64,000 bases of DNA, taken from contig JBDLIT010000003.1 of the NCBI GenBank assembly GCA_039714735.1, positions 8,494 through 72,493 on the forward strand. The letters run 5' to 3'. Below the pieces are notes generated by a model, which did no database searches, was not told the origin of the DNA, and saw nothing but the letters and a program-made list of their open reading frames with translations. Positions within the stretch are counted from its first letter, which is position 1. Each line of letters starts with the position of its first letter. This DNA comes from Pseudomonadota bacterium. GTDB taxonomy: Bacteria; Pseudomonadota; Gammaproteobacteria; Chromatiales; Chromatiaceae. This document shows positions 18,887 to 29,364 of this stretch, in pieces. The position numbers and the translations under genes are program-made.

Positions 18887-19561
18887 TCAGGAAGTCTCAA
18901 GCGCTTCGAGCAGAGTATGCAGGTTAACCAGTCGTTGATGCGCCTCCTCTAGATCCTTCTCATCGAAAATTTGTATAAAGTCATCACCCTGCTCACAGAG
19001 CGCCTTCAGTTGGGTGGGGTCAAACAGAGTCACTGCGGCCTCAAACTCCTCTTGCTGAGCAGTCAACAGGCTGGGCAGTAACTCTTTCTCCTTGATGAGT
19101 GATTCCGGATCCAGAAGATCGGCCACCAGATGGTATTCCAGCAATTCATAGTGGGTCTTACGCGCCTCCCCCTCATGTTCCAGCTCCTGGTGGGCGAGGC
19201 TATCATTACCAGCACCCTTCCAGACCGCCTGCATGACCACTGATACCAGTTTCTTGATGGCTTCCTTGTTGGGAGTCTGGTCATCCGCCAGCCGACAGGC
19301 GGTTTCATAGGATTTATCAAGCCGCTCCTTGAGTTCCAGGATCACATCACTCTGTTCATGAGGACCTAAGGCAACCGCCTCACCGACCAATTTGCGTAGG
19401 TCACCGATATAGGCCACCAACTCTTCATGGTCCAGACGTTGGGCCTCATTCAACTGATCTGATGTCAGTGTGCGCTCACTTTCCGGAAACAGCTCGTTGT
19501 TATGCTTACGCACCAGGTGCCGTTCATGACGTCCCGGCATTTCACTAAACAGCAGTCGCAT
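18887..19561 (-). CDS. Hypothetical acidic helical protein
   Basis: A 224-aa ORF with no signal peptide and no domain I recognise. The coding call rests on length and a clean context. Confidence 0.5.
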   Translation of the reverse strand: MRLLFSEMPGRHERHLVRKHNNELFPESERTLTSDQLNEAQRLDHEELVAYIGDLRKLVGEAVALGPHEQSDVILELKERLDKSYETACRLADDQTPNKEAIKKLVSVVMQAVWKGAGNDSLAHQELEHEGEARKTHYELLEYHLVADLLDPESLIKEKELLPSLLTAQQEEFEAAVTLFDPTQLKALCEQGDDFIQIFDEKDLEEAHQRLVNLHTLLEALETS

Positions 19562-19602
19562 GGATCTCTCTCAAATTCTATCTATTTACCCAGGATATTA
19601 AC

Positions 19603-20490
19603 CTAACAACCCTCATCCACACCCATGTCAAATCCAGGATTTATCGCCTCGTAGAGTGAGGAGTAGTCCTCTTCACAGTAGCCGGCATCACAACCCTTTT
19701 TGAAGACAGCCAACATGCTCTGTGTGATCGAGGGTTCCATTCCATTCTTTTCCGCCGCCCGTTGATACAGGGCCACATCCTTGATCAGGTGTTTCAAAGG
19801 GAAATTCGGGTTAGCGTAATTGTGCTCGAGCATCTTGCCCAGTTTCTTATCGAAGGTGGGCGCATAGAGTGCACTCTCCCTCAGTAGACCCATGAACTGC
19901 TCTACATCGACCCCTTCAGCTTTAATCAAACCAAGGCTGAGAGAAAATCCTGCGGTCAGGGAGGCAATCAGCTGGTTCATTGCCAACTTCATAGCGGCGC
20001 CCTGTCCTACCGTGCCCACATGTTCCACATCCTTACCGAGACAGCGCAATACCAACAGGCAGCGCTGATAGATTGTATCCGGTCCAGCTGCCATCACAAT
20101 CAGACTGCCGTTTTTCACCTCGGGTATGCTGCCGAGCACAGGGGCCTCTAAATATTCTCCACCCGCATCCATCACTCGACGACTGATCTCCCGGCTCTCG
20201 TCCGGGGAGATCGTACCCATCTGGATGAGCTGTTTACCGTTCAGTTGGTTCTCATTCAACTGACTGAATAAAACCGCATCAATGGATTGTGCATCACTCA
20301 GGGTCAGAATGACGATCTCTGCATGTTCGATCACCGCAGACAATTCAGGCTCTACCCTCAGATCCTGCATACGGGCTGATTCAAGCCGCGCTTCATTCCG
20401 GTTCCAACCCAGCACATCGTGGCCACAGTGCTGCAGGCGAAGCGCAACTGGCAAACCCATCAATCCCAATCCTATCACGCTGATTTTCAT
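19603..20490 (-). CDS. NAD(P)-dependent beta-hydroxyacid dehydrogenase family oxidoreductase (3-hydroxyisobutyrate / 6-phosphogluconate dehydrogenase-like)
   Basis: N-terminal Rossmann motif MKISVIGLGLMGLPVA. Mid-region GxxGxGxxxKLxxN-like motif VGQGAAMKLAMNQL. Confidence 0.8.
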   Translation of the reverse strand: MKISVIGLGLMGLPVALRLQHCGHDVLGWNRNEARLESARMQDLRVEPELSAVIEHAEIVILTLSDAQSIDAVLFSQLNENQLNGKQLIQMGTISPDESREISRRVMDAGGEYLEAPVLGSIPEVKNGSLIVMAAGPDTIYQRCLLVLRCLGKDVEHVGTVGQGAAMKLAMNQLIASLTAGFSLSLGLIKAEGVDVEQFMGLLRESALYAPTFDKKLGKMLEHNYANPNFPLKHLIKDVALYQRAAEKNGMEPSITQSMLAVFKKGCDAGYCEEDYSSLYEAINPGFDMGVDEGC

Positions 20491-20540
20491 GGCTGATCCA
20501 ATAGATTATAAGAACAAAGGCTTAATATGAAAGTAAATAC

Positions 20541-21608
20541 TTACTTACCATGGTGCTGCCGACTCAACTCATGCACGGCTTCAATAAATACTCCCGCATG
20601 TTCTGGGTCGATTTCAGGGTGAATACCGTGACCGAGATTGAAGACATGTCCACTGCCACTGCCAAAGCTTTCCAATACCAGGCCGACCTCTTCACGAATC
20701 CTTTCCGGTGATGCATAGAGGGTGCAGGGGTCCAGGTTACCTTGCAGGGCCACCCGGTCGCCAACCCGCCGGCGCGCGTCTGCCAGACTCAGGGTCCAGT
20801 CGATGCCCAACGCATCACAACCTGTGTCCGCCATCTTCTCCAACCAGAAACCACCCCCTTTGGTGAACAGAATCACCGGCACCCGGCGGCCATCCGATTC
20901 ACGGACCAGACCCTTGACGATCCGCTCCATGTAAGCAAGAGAAAAGGCTTCATAGGCCTGCGGAGTCAGCACCCCACCCCAGGTATCGAAGATCATCACC
21001 GCCTGAGCCCCGGCGGCGATCTGCGCATTCAAGTAGGCGGTGACCGAGTCGGCCACCTTGCTCAACAAGACATGCATCAAGTCAGGGCGATCAAACATCA
21101 TACCCTTCACCTTGGAAAAATTCTTGGTGCCGCCACCCTCGACCATATAGGTCGCCAGGGTCCAGGGGCTGCCGCTGAAACCGATCAGCGGCACCCGGCC
21201 TTCCAGCTCCCGGCGGATGGTGCGCACCGCATCCATCACATAGCCAAGATCATCTTCCATATCCGGCAGACCCAGGGCATTGACCGCAGCCTCATCCTGT
21301 ACCGGCCGTTCAAACCTGGGGCCTTCCCCTTCGGTGAAATAGAGTCCCAGACCCATGGCGTCCGGTACGGTCAGAATATCCGAGAATAGAATCGCGGCGT
21401 CCAGTGGATAACGATCGAGGGGCTGGATCGTCACCTCGCAAGCCAGCTCCGAATTGCGGCAGAGATCCATAAAACTGCCCGCCTTGGCGCGGGTGGCCCG
21501 GTATTCAGGTAAATAGCGGCCCGCCTGGCGCATCATCCAGACAGGGGTGACATCAACGGGCTCGCGTAACAACGCCTTTAAAAAACGATCATTTTTCAAT
21601 GGTGACAC
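20541..21608 (-). CDS. hemE: Uroporphyrinogen decarboxylase
   Basis: [16 protein letters not shown] and [14 protein letters not shown] are canonical HemE motifs. Size is 355 aa. Confidence 0.95.
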   Translation of the reverse strand: MSPLKNDRFLKALLREPVDVTPVWMMRQAGRYLPEYRATRAKAGSFMDLCRNSELACEVTIQPLDRYPLDAAILFSDILTVPDAMGLGLYFTEGEGPRFERPVQDEAAVNALGLPDMEDDLGYVMDAVRTIRRELEGRVPLIGFSGSPWTLATYMVEGGGTKNFSKVKGMMFDRPDLMHVLLSKVADSVTAYLNAQIAAGAQAVMIFDTWGGVLTPQAYEAFSLAYMERIVKGLVRESDGRRVPVILFTKGGGFWLEKMADTGCDALGIDWTLSLADARRRVGDRVALQGNLDPCTLYASPERIREEVGLVLESFGSGSGHVFNLGHGIHPEIDPEHAGVFIEAVHELSRQHHGK

Positions 21609-21740
21609 GGAAGATTCCTTTGGTATTCAGAGTTGTTATGGATAATGGTCGGGAATTGTACACAGAAACTGCCTGACCTGCCTCACACCCCCATGAGCGG
21701 GAAGGTGTCAACCTAAAGAGAACGTGGCTAACACAGTATT

Positions 21741-22400
21741 ATGCCGACAAGACAGGAACACTCCTGGGACCTTACTCCCGCTGAAGCACGGGCCCTGCAG
21801 CTTGATCTGCAAAGTAAAGTCGTCACTAGGGACCGGTTTAATAAACCTCAAACTGTAGCCGGCGTGGACGTGGGTTTCGAAGCACAGGGAACCATCACCC
21901 GGGCGGCAGTGGTGGTGTTGAGTTTTCCGGAGCTGATCCCGCTGGATCAGGCGGTTAGCAGGCAACCCACCCGTTTCCCGTATGTGCCGGGACTGCTCTC
22001 ATTCCGAGAGATCCCTGCGATCCTGGAGGCCATGCAAATGTTACGGCAACCACCCGATATGCTGTTGTGTGACGGCCAGGGTCTGGCGCATCCACGCCGC
22101 TTCGGTCTGGCCTGTCATCTGGGCCTGCTGACGGATATCCCCTCGATTGGCGTGGCGAAGAGCCGTCTTATCGGCACGCATGGCGATCTCTCGGAGATCA
22201 AAGGTTCTTGGGTTCCTTTAATGGACAAGGAGGAAATTATCGGCGCCGTGCTGCGCACCCGGAGCCGGGTCAACCCTGTCTATATTTCAGTCGGTCACAG
22301 GATCAGCCTGGAGAGCGCCATCCAATATGTTCTGGCCTGTACCACTCGCTTCAAGCTACCCGAAACCACCCGGGCGGCGCACAATCTGGCTTCCAACTGA
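21741..22400 (+). CDS. nfi: Endonuclease V (deoxyinosine 3' endonuclease)
   Basis: VAGVDVGFE...[12 protein letters not shown]...[23 protein letters not shown]...IGVAKS. The gene is adjacent to hemE, as in E. coli. Confidence 0.9.
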   Translation: MPTRQEHSWDLTPAEARALQLDLQSKVVTRDRFNKPQTVAGVDVGFEAQGTITRAAVVVLSFPELIPLDQAVSRQPTRFPYVPGLLSFREIPAILEAMQMLRQPPDMLLCDGQGLAHPRRFGLACHLGLLTDIPSIGVAKSRLIGTHGDLSEIKGSWVPLMDKEEIIGAVLRTRSRVNPVYISVGHRISLESAIQYVLACTTRFKLPETTRAAHNLASN

Positions 22401-22408
22401 ATGATTTG

Positions 22409-22804
22409 CTAGTCACGCAGGTGCTCGATGTAGTGTGGGCGATCCTCCATTTCCAGTTCGACACCGGTCGCCACCACTTTGAGTGATTCGGGCTGATCCT
22501 TAATTTTCAAATCACAGTGGGCATGCCCTTTACTTTTCAATGGCAAAGGAAGCATGTCTCGGTAGGTATAGATGTTTTCACCCACATCACCCCCATCACA
22601 GATACAGGGACACCCGGGAATATCACCCTCAATCTCTGGATCTTCGAAAACCAGGGCTCCGGCTTGCCACCAACGGGTTCGCTCGTCTGAATCGCTTATG
22701 GTTTTTATGATGATCGCTCTGGAGAAATTGACTGAGAGCTTACCTTCAGTCAGGGTAATCGAATCTATTTCACTACCTGGAAGTTCAATCGTGGTGGAAT
22801 CCAT
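22409..22804 (-). CDS. Hypothetical small Cys/His-containing protein
   Basis: A 131-aa ORF convergent with nfi (8-bp gap). It contains GCPCICDGG and HAHC, and I recognise no family. Confidence 0.45.
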   Translation of the reverse strand: MDSTTIELPGSEIDSITLTEGKLSVNFSRAIIIKTISDSDERTRWWQAGALVFEDPEIEGDIPGCPCICDGGDVGENIYTYRDMLPLPLKSKGHAHCDLKIKDQPESLKVVATGVELEMEDRPHYIEHLRD

Positions 22805-22916
22805 TGTTTATTTCTACCTTCAACATTTGTATAGCAAAACCTGGGCGTAGATCATAACGCCGGGGGTCTTGAAACCGAAGATTTCATACCCCGGATTTTA
22901 TAGGGATCACATCTTT

Positions 22917-22990
22917 AACCTAAAACCGGTAGTTGGGCTGGATGTAGGGTGCATCAACGAGGTTGCAACGCAACAATGGCGGCATAGGCG
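22917..22990 (-). repeat. Possible degenerate remnant of the MITE-like element
   Basis: TTAACCTAAAACCGGTAGTTGGGCTGGATGTAGGGTG.. loosely parallels the element end TTAACCTAGAATCTGCAGTTGGATGGGGTAGAGTG... The similarity decays further inward. Confidence 0.3.
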
Positions 22991-23038
22991 CCCCCTATGG
23001 GAGAGCCCGCAGGAAGCGATCAATTGCCGTTTCCAGGA

Positions 23039-24448
23039 TTAAACCTCGCTGTGCAGACCCAGTTCCTTGATCTTCCTGGTCAGGGTATTGCGCCCCCATC
23101 CCAGCAGGCGCGCGGCATCCTGACGCCGGCCAGCCGTGTGCTCCAGGGCTACTTCGATCATGATCGTCTCAAACTCCGGTTCGGCCTCACTCAGCAGGCC
23201 TTCTGCTCCATCCTGCAATCTTCTCCTGCCCCAATTCCGTAACAGCTGACGCCAATCTCCCTCGATCTGCTGCTCTCTCTCCTCTTCCCTCAATTCCTCA
23301 GGCAGATCATCGATGTGGATCTCCTGACCCGAAGCCATCACTGTCAGCCAGCGTGCGGTATTTTCCAACTGCCTGACATTTCCCGGCCAGTTCAATTGCT
23401 TGAGAAAATTCTGGGTTTCCGGCAACAATATCTTCGGCTCCACGGACAACTCTTCTGCGGCATTGCCTAAAAAATGCTGTATCAGTAAGGGAATATCTTC
23501 ACGCCGTTCAGACAATGAGGGTAGTTGAATGCGGATTACATTCAGTCGATGGAACAGATCCTCCCTAAAATCACCCCGCTTCACCAGAACGGCGAGGTTC
23601 TGGTGAGTTGCAGCAATGATGCGAACATCAACCTTGACCGGTTCATGGCCTCCAACCCGGTAAAATTCTCCATCGGCCAGCACCCTCAACAGACGGGTCT
23701 GGAGCTCCGCGGGCATATCACCGATCTCATCGAGAAACAGGGTTCCACCATTGGCTTGTTCAAACCGGCCCTCACGCCGGGTTTGAGCACCGGTAAACGC
23801 TCCCCTCTCATGACCAAAAAGCTCACTTTCCATAAGATCCTTGGGGATGGCCGCCATATTCAGGGCGATAAACGGCGCGGATGTCCGGGGGCTGTGCCGA
23901 TGCAGCGCATGGGCCACCAACTCCTTCCCGGTGCCGGACTCACCATTGATCAGGACCGTGATATTGGAACGGGCAAGCCGTCCAATGGCGCGGAATACCT
24001 CCTGCATGGCCGGAGCTTCACCAATGATCTCGGGACTCTTGATGGACTCCGCAACCGTGTCACTGGTTTTTTGTGGGGGCGTCAACCGACAGGCCCTGCG
24101 GATCTGATCTACCGCCTCATCCACATCAAAGGGTTTGGGTAGATACTCAAAGGCGCCACCGTGATAGGCGGATACCGCACTTTCCAGATCAGAGTGCGCG
24201 GTCATTATGATCACCGGTAAATCCGGGAATCGTGCATTGATAAGATTCAGCAGCTCCAGTCCATCCATACCCGGCATACGGATATCGGATACCACTACGT
24301 CCGGCTGTTGCCGATCCAAGGCTTTGATTACTTTTTCGGCGCTTTCGAAGGAGGTAACATCCATCTCCGCTTTCTGTAAGGTCTTTTCCAGAACCCAACG
24401 AATCGAACGATCATCATCGATCACCCAGACCCGGCACGATTTATCCAT
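23039..24448 (-). CDS. glnG: Nitrogen regulation response regulator NtrC (sigma-54 activator)
   Basis: REC domain ([14 protein letters not shown]), AAA+ sigma-54 interaction domain ([14 protein letters not shown]) and a C-terminal Fis-type HTH. It is translationally coupled to ntrB. Confidence 0.95.
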   Translation of the reverse strand: MDKSCRVWVIDDDRSIRWVLEKTLQKAEMDVTSFESAEKVIKALDRQQPDVVVSDIRMPGMDGLELLNLINARFPDLPVIIMTAHSDLESAVSAYHGGAFEYLPKPFDVDEAVDQIRRACRLTPPQKTSDTVAESIKSPEIIGEAPAMQEVFRAIGRLARSNITVLINGESGTGKELVAHALHRHSPRTSAPFIALNMAAIPKDLMESELFGHERGAFTGAQTRREGRFEQANGGTLFLDEIGDMPAELQTRLLRVLADGEFYRVGGHEPVKVDVRIIAATHQNLAVLVKRGDFREDLFHRLNVIRIQLPSLSERREDIPLLIQHFLGNAAEELSVEPKILLPETQNFLKQLNWPGNVRQLENTARWLTVMASGQEIHIDDLPEELREEEREQQIEGDWRQLLRNWGRRRLQDGAEGLLSEAEPEFETIMIEVALEHTAGRRQDAARLLGWGRNTLTRKIKELGLHSEV

Positions 24449-25520
24449 CTGTTTGCTCCAAGGGAAGTAGTACTCTGAAAACTGTATTGCCGGGCTTACT
24501 GGTGAATTCGATGAGACCCTGGTGCCGGTTGATCAGGGCTTGGGATATTGAGAGCCCCAGACCCATCCCATCACTGCTGCCGGAGACCATGGGAAAGAAG
24601 ATCCTGTCCTGAAGTTCATCTGGAATACCGGGGCCGTTGTCTGACAACTCAACCGATATCACGAGCTTATGGCGCTGGGAGCCAATCGTGAACTGGCGCA
24701 GGATTCTCGTGCGTATCCCTATCGTTCCATCCTTTCCCGCTGCCCTGACTCCATTCCGGAGAATATTCAGAAACGCCTGAATCAGCTGGTCGAAATCCCC
24801 GTACATCAGCGGGATACTGGGATCATAGTCTTTACTAATTTCCAGACCACCACCCACTTCAACTTTAACCAGGTTACAGATGCGCTCAAGAACCTGATGA
24901 ATGTTGACCTCCTCACTCTTGGGTAGCTGATTCGGGCCCAACATGGTATCGACCAGTTTTTGCAGGCGGTCGGCCTCCTGAATGATAATCTGGGTATATT
25001 CCTTCAGATCATCTTCAAGCAGTTCCCGCTCCAACAACTGGGCCGCGCCGCGGAGACCTCCCAACGGATTCTTTATTTCATGGGCAAGTCCCCGCACCAG
25101 CGCACGGGAGGCTTGGTTACGCGATAGCAACAACTCTTCTCGAGAGATTCTTAACTGCCGATCCACCTGCTGAATTTCCATGAGAAACTCAATTATCCGC
25201 CCCTCCTCCCGGATAGGAGAAACCGTGCAATCCACGGTCAGCTCTCTACCATCGATAAGAGTGATGTGGTGTTCGCGCTCGGTAAAAGGCTGGCCTGACT
25301 CAAGAGACCGTTTGAGAATTGACTCAATCTCAGTCGTGGAACAGAAAATGATCTGTTTGACATGCTCGCCGAGGATCTTTCTCGCACTTAAGGCGAGAAG
25401 CATTTCACCGGCTGAATTGATATAGCGCAGGATTAGATATCGGTCAAAGAGTAGCGTCGCTGAACTGAGGTTGTCCAGTACCCGCGATTCCAGACTATTT
25501 GACAGTTTCTGATTAAGCAT
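24441..25520 (-). CDS. glnL: Nitrogen regulation sensor histidine kinase NtrB
   Basis: PAS region, H-box LAHEIKNPLGG, N-box NILRNGVRA and G-box DNGPGIP..GMGLGLS. The ATG at 25520 is preferred over the longer ORF-track start. Confidence 0.9.
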   Translation of the reverse strand: MLNQKLSNSLESRVLDNLSSATLLFDRYLILRYINSAGEMLLALSARKILGEHVKQIIFCSTTEIESILKRSLESGQPFTEREHHITLIDGRELTVDCTVSPIREEGRIIEFLMEIQQVDRQLRISREELLLSRNQASRALVRGLAHEIKNPLGGLRGAAQLLERELLEDDLKEYTQIIIQEADRLQKLVDTMLGPNQLPKSEEVNIHQVLERICNLVKVEVGGGLEISKDYDPSIPLMYGDFDQLIQAFLNILRNGVRAAGKDGTIGIRTRILRQFTIGSQRHKLVISVELSDNGPGIPDELQDRIFFPMVSGSSDGMGLGLSISQALINRHQGLIEFTSKPGNTVFRVLLPLEQTDG

Positions 25521-25704
25521 GGCCTTATCTAAAGCAAGAAACAAACCAAAACATTCAAGTGGACACAAGATTCTCTCCCGACCACTAAATCAATTGCTAA
25601 TCATCAAAATTAGGTTGAAAACAATAAAATTAATTCATTTTCACCAGCATCTTGAAATCTGGATCAAATAATTAATTCGATCGACGTTGGATAGAGGAAT
25701 ATAT

Positions 25705-25721
25705 CGCACCAATATAGTGCG
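25705..25721. promoter_or_regulatory. NtrC-type binding site upstream of ntrB
   Basis: CGCACCAATATAGTGCG fits GCAC-N7-GTGC, the spacing of the E. coli NtrC consensus TGCACCA-N3-TGGTGCA. It is near-identical to the site at 28164. Confidence 0.5.
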
Positions 25722-25751
25722 TGGCCAGAAGGTTCGAGGGAGTGACGAGTC

Positions 25752-26270
25752 TTAGTGGGTGTTGATTGAGGCCTTTCTCATATGAAAATCGATCGACTCT
25801 GTAGAGATCAAAGGCGTACCTTCTGCATCGACAATTTTAGCCTGCAGGGAATGAGTGCCCCGGTTCAGGGAATTGAGGGAAAACTGGGTGGTCGTCAGGT
25901 CAGAATCAAGCTTGGAACCATCCAGATAGACATGGATGACATGGCCTGCAGTGAGACTGGGAGATAGAGACAGACCCACTGTAACATTTCCTGCATTACT
26001 CCGGATCGTCTCATCACTCTCCGGTTGTTCAATAGTGAAAGTTTGATACTGGCCGCTAGTCCCCGCCAAATCAGTGGATTGGGATTTTTCTTTGGCATCC
26101 TTCTGATTGGCCACCGCACTCCCGCGATCGCTCACTGAGACTCGCTCTGCCCCTGGTTTGTAGGTATCAGAGTAGCTGACAACACCATCCTCTGATACCG
26201 ACCGATAGACCTCTCTCGCCCCACAAGGCAAAAGCATAAAAACAAGAAGCAGGAATAGCCAGATACGCAT
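25752..26270 (-). CDS. Secreted DUF4124-domain protein (between glnA and ntrB)
   Basis: Signal peptide MRIWLFLLLVFMLLPCGA, then VYRSVSEDGVVSYSD, which is a DUF4124 motif. It is a paralogue of 10559..11047. Confidence 0.65.
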   Translation of the reverse strand: MRIWLFLLLVFMLLPCGAREVYRSVSEDGVVSYSDTYKPGAERVSVSDRGSAVANQKDAKEKSQSTDLAGTSGQYQTFTIEQPESDETIRSNAGNVTVGLSLSPSLTAGHVIHVYLDGSKLDSDLTTTQFSLNSLNRGTHSLQAKIVDAEGTPLISTESIDFHMRKASINTH

Positions 26271-26367
26271 GATGCAAGAATAGACCATGCCTATGCGTTT
26301 GAACAAGCAATAAAAATCTGTAAATGCCGATTATTCTGCAATTGCGTTGACTCACAATTGTGACCAT

Positions 26368-26402
26368 AAAAAAAGCGCCGCCCAAAATTTGGGTGGCGCT
26401 TT
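26368..26402 (-). terminator. Rho-independent terminator of glnA
   Basis: The minus strand reads AAAGCGCCACCC-aaatttt-GGGCGGCGCTTTTTTT. It lies about 57 nt after the glnA stop. Confidence 0.7.
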
Positions 26403-26458
26403 AAGTCTTAAACGGTGTGCAGACCCATCGCTCTGAGTCTGTCCCGATTGATGCTGGA

Positions 26459-27865
26459 CTAGAGACTATAGTACATGTCGAATTCAACGGGATGGGTGGT
26501 CATGCGCAGACGCGTCACCTCCTCCATCTTCAATTCGATATAACCATCGATCAGGTCATCGGTGAACACGCCACCCTCGGTCAGGAAGGCGCGATCCTCG
26601 TTTAGTGCTTCCAGGGCCATATCCAGACTGTGACAGACAGTCGGTATGTTGGCCGCCTCTTCTGCCGGCAGGTCATAAAGATCCTTATCCATGGCATCGC
26701 CGGGATGGATCTTGTTCAGGATGCCGTCCAGGCCGGCCATCATCATGGCAGCGAATGCCAGGTAGGGGTTCGCGGTCGGATCCGGGAAACGCACCTCGAC
26801 GCGGCGTCCCTTAGGATTGGAGTCCCATGGGATACGGATCGAGGCAGAACGGTTACGGGCGGAATAAGCCAGCATCACAGGCGCTTCGAAACCCGGCACC
26901 AGTCGCTTATAGGAGTTGGTGGAGGCATTGGTAAAGGCATTCAGGGCACGAGCATGCTTGATGATGCCGCCAATATAATAGAGTGCGGTTTCAGACAGGC
27001 CACCATACTGGTCACCGGCAAAGATGTTATCGCCACCTTTACCCAGGGACATATGTACATGCATACCTGAACCATTATCGCCAACCAGTGGTTTGGGCAT
27101 GAAGGTGACCGTCTTGCCATAAGCATGACCCACATTCCAGGTACAGTATTTCTGAATCTGGACCCAGTCGGCGCGTTCTACCAGGGTACTGTAACGGGTA
27201 CCGATCTCGCACTGACCAGCGGTAGCCACCTCGTGATGGTGCACCTCAACCGGAACACCCATCTCTTCCATGGCCAGGCACATGGCGCCACGCAGATCGT
27301 GCAGAGAATCGACGGGAGGCACCGGAAAATAACCACCCTTGACGGTCGGACGGTGACCGATGTTACCGTCTTCATAGACCCGCTCGGAGTTCCACTCGGC
27401 CTCATCAGAATCGATCTTGACCATACAGCCGCTCATGTCGGCGCTCCAACGTACGTCGTCCAGTACGAAAAATTCCGGCTCCGGACCAAAGTAGGCAGTA
27501 TCGGCGATACCTGTAGAAGCCAGATAGGCTTCGGCGCGCTTGGCAACGGAGCGGGGATCACGCTCGTAACCCTGCATGGTGGAAGGCTCGAGGATATCGC
27601 AACGGACAATCAAGGTGTTTTCATCTGAGAATGGATCCATGACCGAGGTATCCGCTTCGGGCATCAGGATCATGTCGGACTCATTGATGCCTTTCCAGCC
27701 AGAAATAGAGGAACCGTCAAACATCTTGCCGTCGTTAAACATACCCTCGCTAACTTCACTGCTTGGCAATGTCACGTGCTGTTCTTTACCTCGGGTATCG
27801 GTGAAGCGCAAATCCACAAACTTCACGTCATTGTCTTTAATCATCTTGAGGGCTTTCGAAGCCAT
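26459..27865 (-). CDS. glnA: Glutamine synthetase type I
   Basis: [28 protein letters not shown], and the adenylylation-site region [16 protein letters not shown]. The ATG at 27865 has a GGAG motif 6 nt upstream. Confidence 0.95.
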   Translation of the reverse strand: MASKALKMIKDNDVKFVDLRFTDTRGKEQHVTLPSSEVSEGMFNDGKMFDGSSISGWKGINESDMILMPEADTSVMDPFSDENTLIVRCDILEPSTMQGYERDPRSVAKRAEAYLASTGIADTAYFGPEPEFFVLDDVRWSADMSGCMVKIDSDEAEWNSERVYEDGNIGHRPTVKGGYFPVPPVDSLHDLRGAMCLAMEEMGVPVEVHHHEVATAGQCEIGTRYSTLVERADWVQIQKYCTWNVGHAYGKTVTFMPKPLVGDNGSGMHVHMSLGKGGDNIFAGDQYGGLSETALYYIGGIIKHARALNAFTNASTNSYKRLVPGFEAPVMLAYSARNRSASIRIPWDSNPKGRRVEVRFPDPTANPYLAFAAMMMAGLDGILNKIHPGDAMDKDLYDLPAEEAANIPTVCHSLDMALEALNEDRAFLTEGGVFTDDLIDGYIELKMEEVTRLRMTTHPVEFDMYYSL

Positions 27866-27973
27866 GCTTTTCTCCAAATATCAGTAGTTATTTCTTGCTA
27901 GAATTTGTCAGTCGTTTGTCCGGGACGATAAAACCGCTGAAAACTATACCAGACAGTCCGGGTACAGCTAGTC

Positions 27974-27989
27974 AGCATTATTCATGCCA
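27974..27989 (-). promoter_or_regulatory. Sigma-54 (-24/-12) promoter of glnA
   Basis: The minus strand reads TGGCAT-GAATA-ATGCT, which matches TGGCAC-N5-TTGCW with correct GG/GC spacing. It lies about 110 nt upstream of the glnA ATG. Confidence 0.6.
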
Positions 27990-28163
27990 TGTTCCATTTT
28001 TTTAATCCTCCCATTTGAACACACGGTTTTAATTACGCTACTTTGTATGAAAAATACTGAGTAAATAACGGATTAATTAATGCTGGAATGCCAGGGCGTC
28101 CATCAATGTGTTCAAGAAAAATAGTGTGCTTGCGAGGATGAAAAACTCTACAGATCCAGTTAA

Positions 28164-28180
28164 TGCACCATTATAGTGCG
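28164..28180. promoter_or_regulatory. NtrC-type enhancer site upstream of glnA
   Basis: TGCACCATTATAGTGCG (GCAC-N7-GTGC). Confidence 0.5.
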
Positions 28181-28194
28181 CGCTTTTAACTCAT

Positions 28195-28211
28195 TGCACC
28201 GACTTTGTGCT
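28195..28211. promoter_or_regulatory. Second NtrC-type enhancer site upstream of glnA
   Basis: TGCACCGACTTTGTGCT (GCAC-N7-GTGC), 14 bp beyond the first site. It overlaps the stop of the CDF gene. Confidence 0.4.
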
Positions 28212-29361
28212 AACCGAACCATAGCCGTACCGTTCTGAAGACATCTGATGACTCTATACCCTTTTGAAAGGTGCTCCTAAGCTCTGCAGCATGAGCATGG
28301 GAATCAAAACAACTCATTGGCAGGTATAGGTCTACATCAATTTTTCCGGAGAGATAGTGCAGAATCAATCTTTGTCTGCTGCCATAACAGGCTGTCTCTC
28401 GCCAATGTCCCTCCAGTAATTTCTCCGCTTCATATCTTAACGGTAGATATGCACAGGAAGGCCCCTTCTCATCATTTTCCGGATCGATATGCACCGTCAC
28501 ATCTGTGAGTAAATCGACTTCATCGATCAGCCTCATCTGCACGACCTCGGATATCCGGTGTCCCTCAGAAACACTTAGCCAGGAGTCGACCTGAACATGT
28601 ACATCAGCTGATGCGTGTCCACCCATTTTGCGGGTGCGCAGCATATGCACACTGTTGACCCCGGATACCGAATTGATGATGGTGCGAATCTCTTTAACCT
28701 GCTCCTCTTCAAGTCCGGCGTCCACCAGTTCCTGCATGGCGCCCCAACCAATATTCCAGCCGATGTGGATGATCATCAAGCCCACCAGCACTGCGGCAAT
28801 GGCATCCAGGTAAGGCAGACCGGCAATGGTCCCGCCTATACCAACCAGCACCACGATGGAGGAAATGGAGTCTGTACGATGATGCCAGGCATTCGCCCGT
28901 AAAAGTTCGGATTTGATTCTTTTTGCCAGATATTGTGTGTAGTGATAAAGGCCCTCGTTCGCCAGGATGGAAAAAAGCGCCACGTAGAGCGTATAGGATT
29001 GTGGTTGGAGTAGTTTTTCGGGACTGAAGAGTCTCTCACCAGCATCCCACATGATGCCTAAACCAACCAGGATCAGAAAAGCACCCAGGGCCATGGCGGC
29101 CGCGGTTTCAAACCTCCCATGTCCATAAGGATGCGCCTCATCCGGTCCCTCTTTGGCATGCCGGGCAGCAAATAAAACCAGTGCATCAGACATCAAATCC
29201 GAGAGTGAATGCACCCCGTCAGCCAGCAGTGACTGGGATTGTCCGAGCAGACCAAACAAGGTCTTGACCAAGGCAAGCACCAGATTGACCACTGCGCCAA
29301 CGATAGCCGCCTGACGCGTCAACCGGTATCTGGTCTCTTGCTTCTCTGTTACATGATCCAT
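28210..29361 (-). CDS. Cation diffusion facilitator (CDF) family metal efflux transporter with an extra C-terminal extension
   Basis: TM1-2 motif SLLADGVHSLSDLMSD, HHRTDSISS, and a cytoplasmic CTD. At 383 aa it is about 80 aa longer than a typical FieF. Confidence 0.85.
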   Translation of the reverse strand: MDHVTEKQETRYRLTRQAAIVGAVVNLVLALVKTLFGLLGQSQSLLADGVHSLSDLMSDALVLFAARHAKEGPDEAHPYGHGRFETAAAMALGAFLILVGLGIMWDAGERLFSPEKLLQPQSYTLYVALFSILANEGLYHYTQYLAKRIKSELLRANAWHHRTDSISSIVVLVGIGGTIAGLPYLDAIAAVLVGLMIIHIGWNIGWGAMQELVDAGLEEEQVKEIRTIINSVSGVNSVHMLRTRKMGGHASADVHVQVDSWLSVSEGHRISEVVQMRLIDEVDLLTDVTVHIDPENDEKGPSCAYLPLRYEAEKLLEGHWRETACYGSRQRLILHYLSGKIDVDLYLPMSCFDSHAHAAELRSTFQKGIESSDVFRTVRLWFG

Positions 29362-29364
29362 GAG

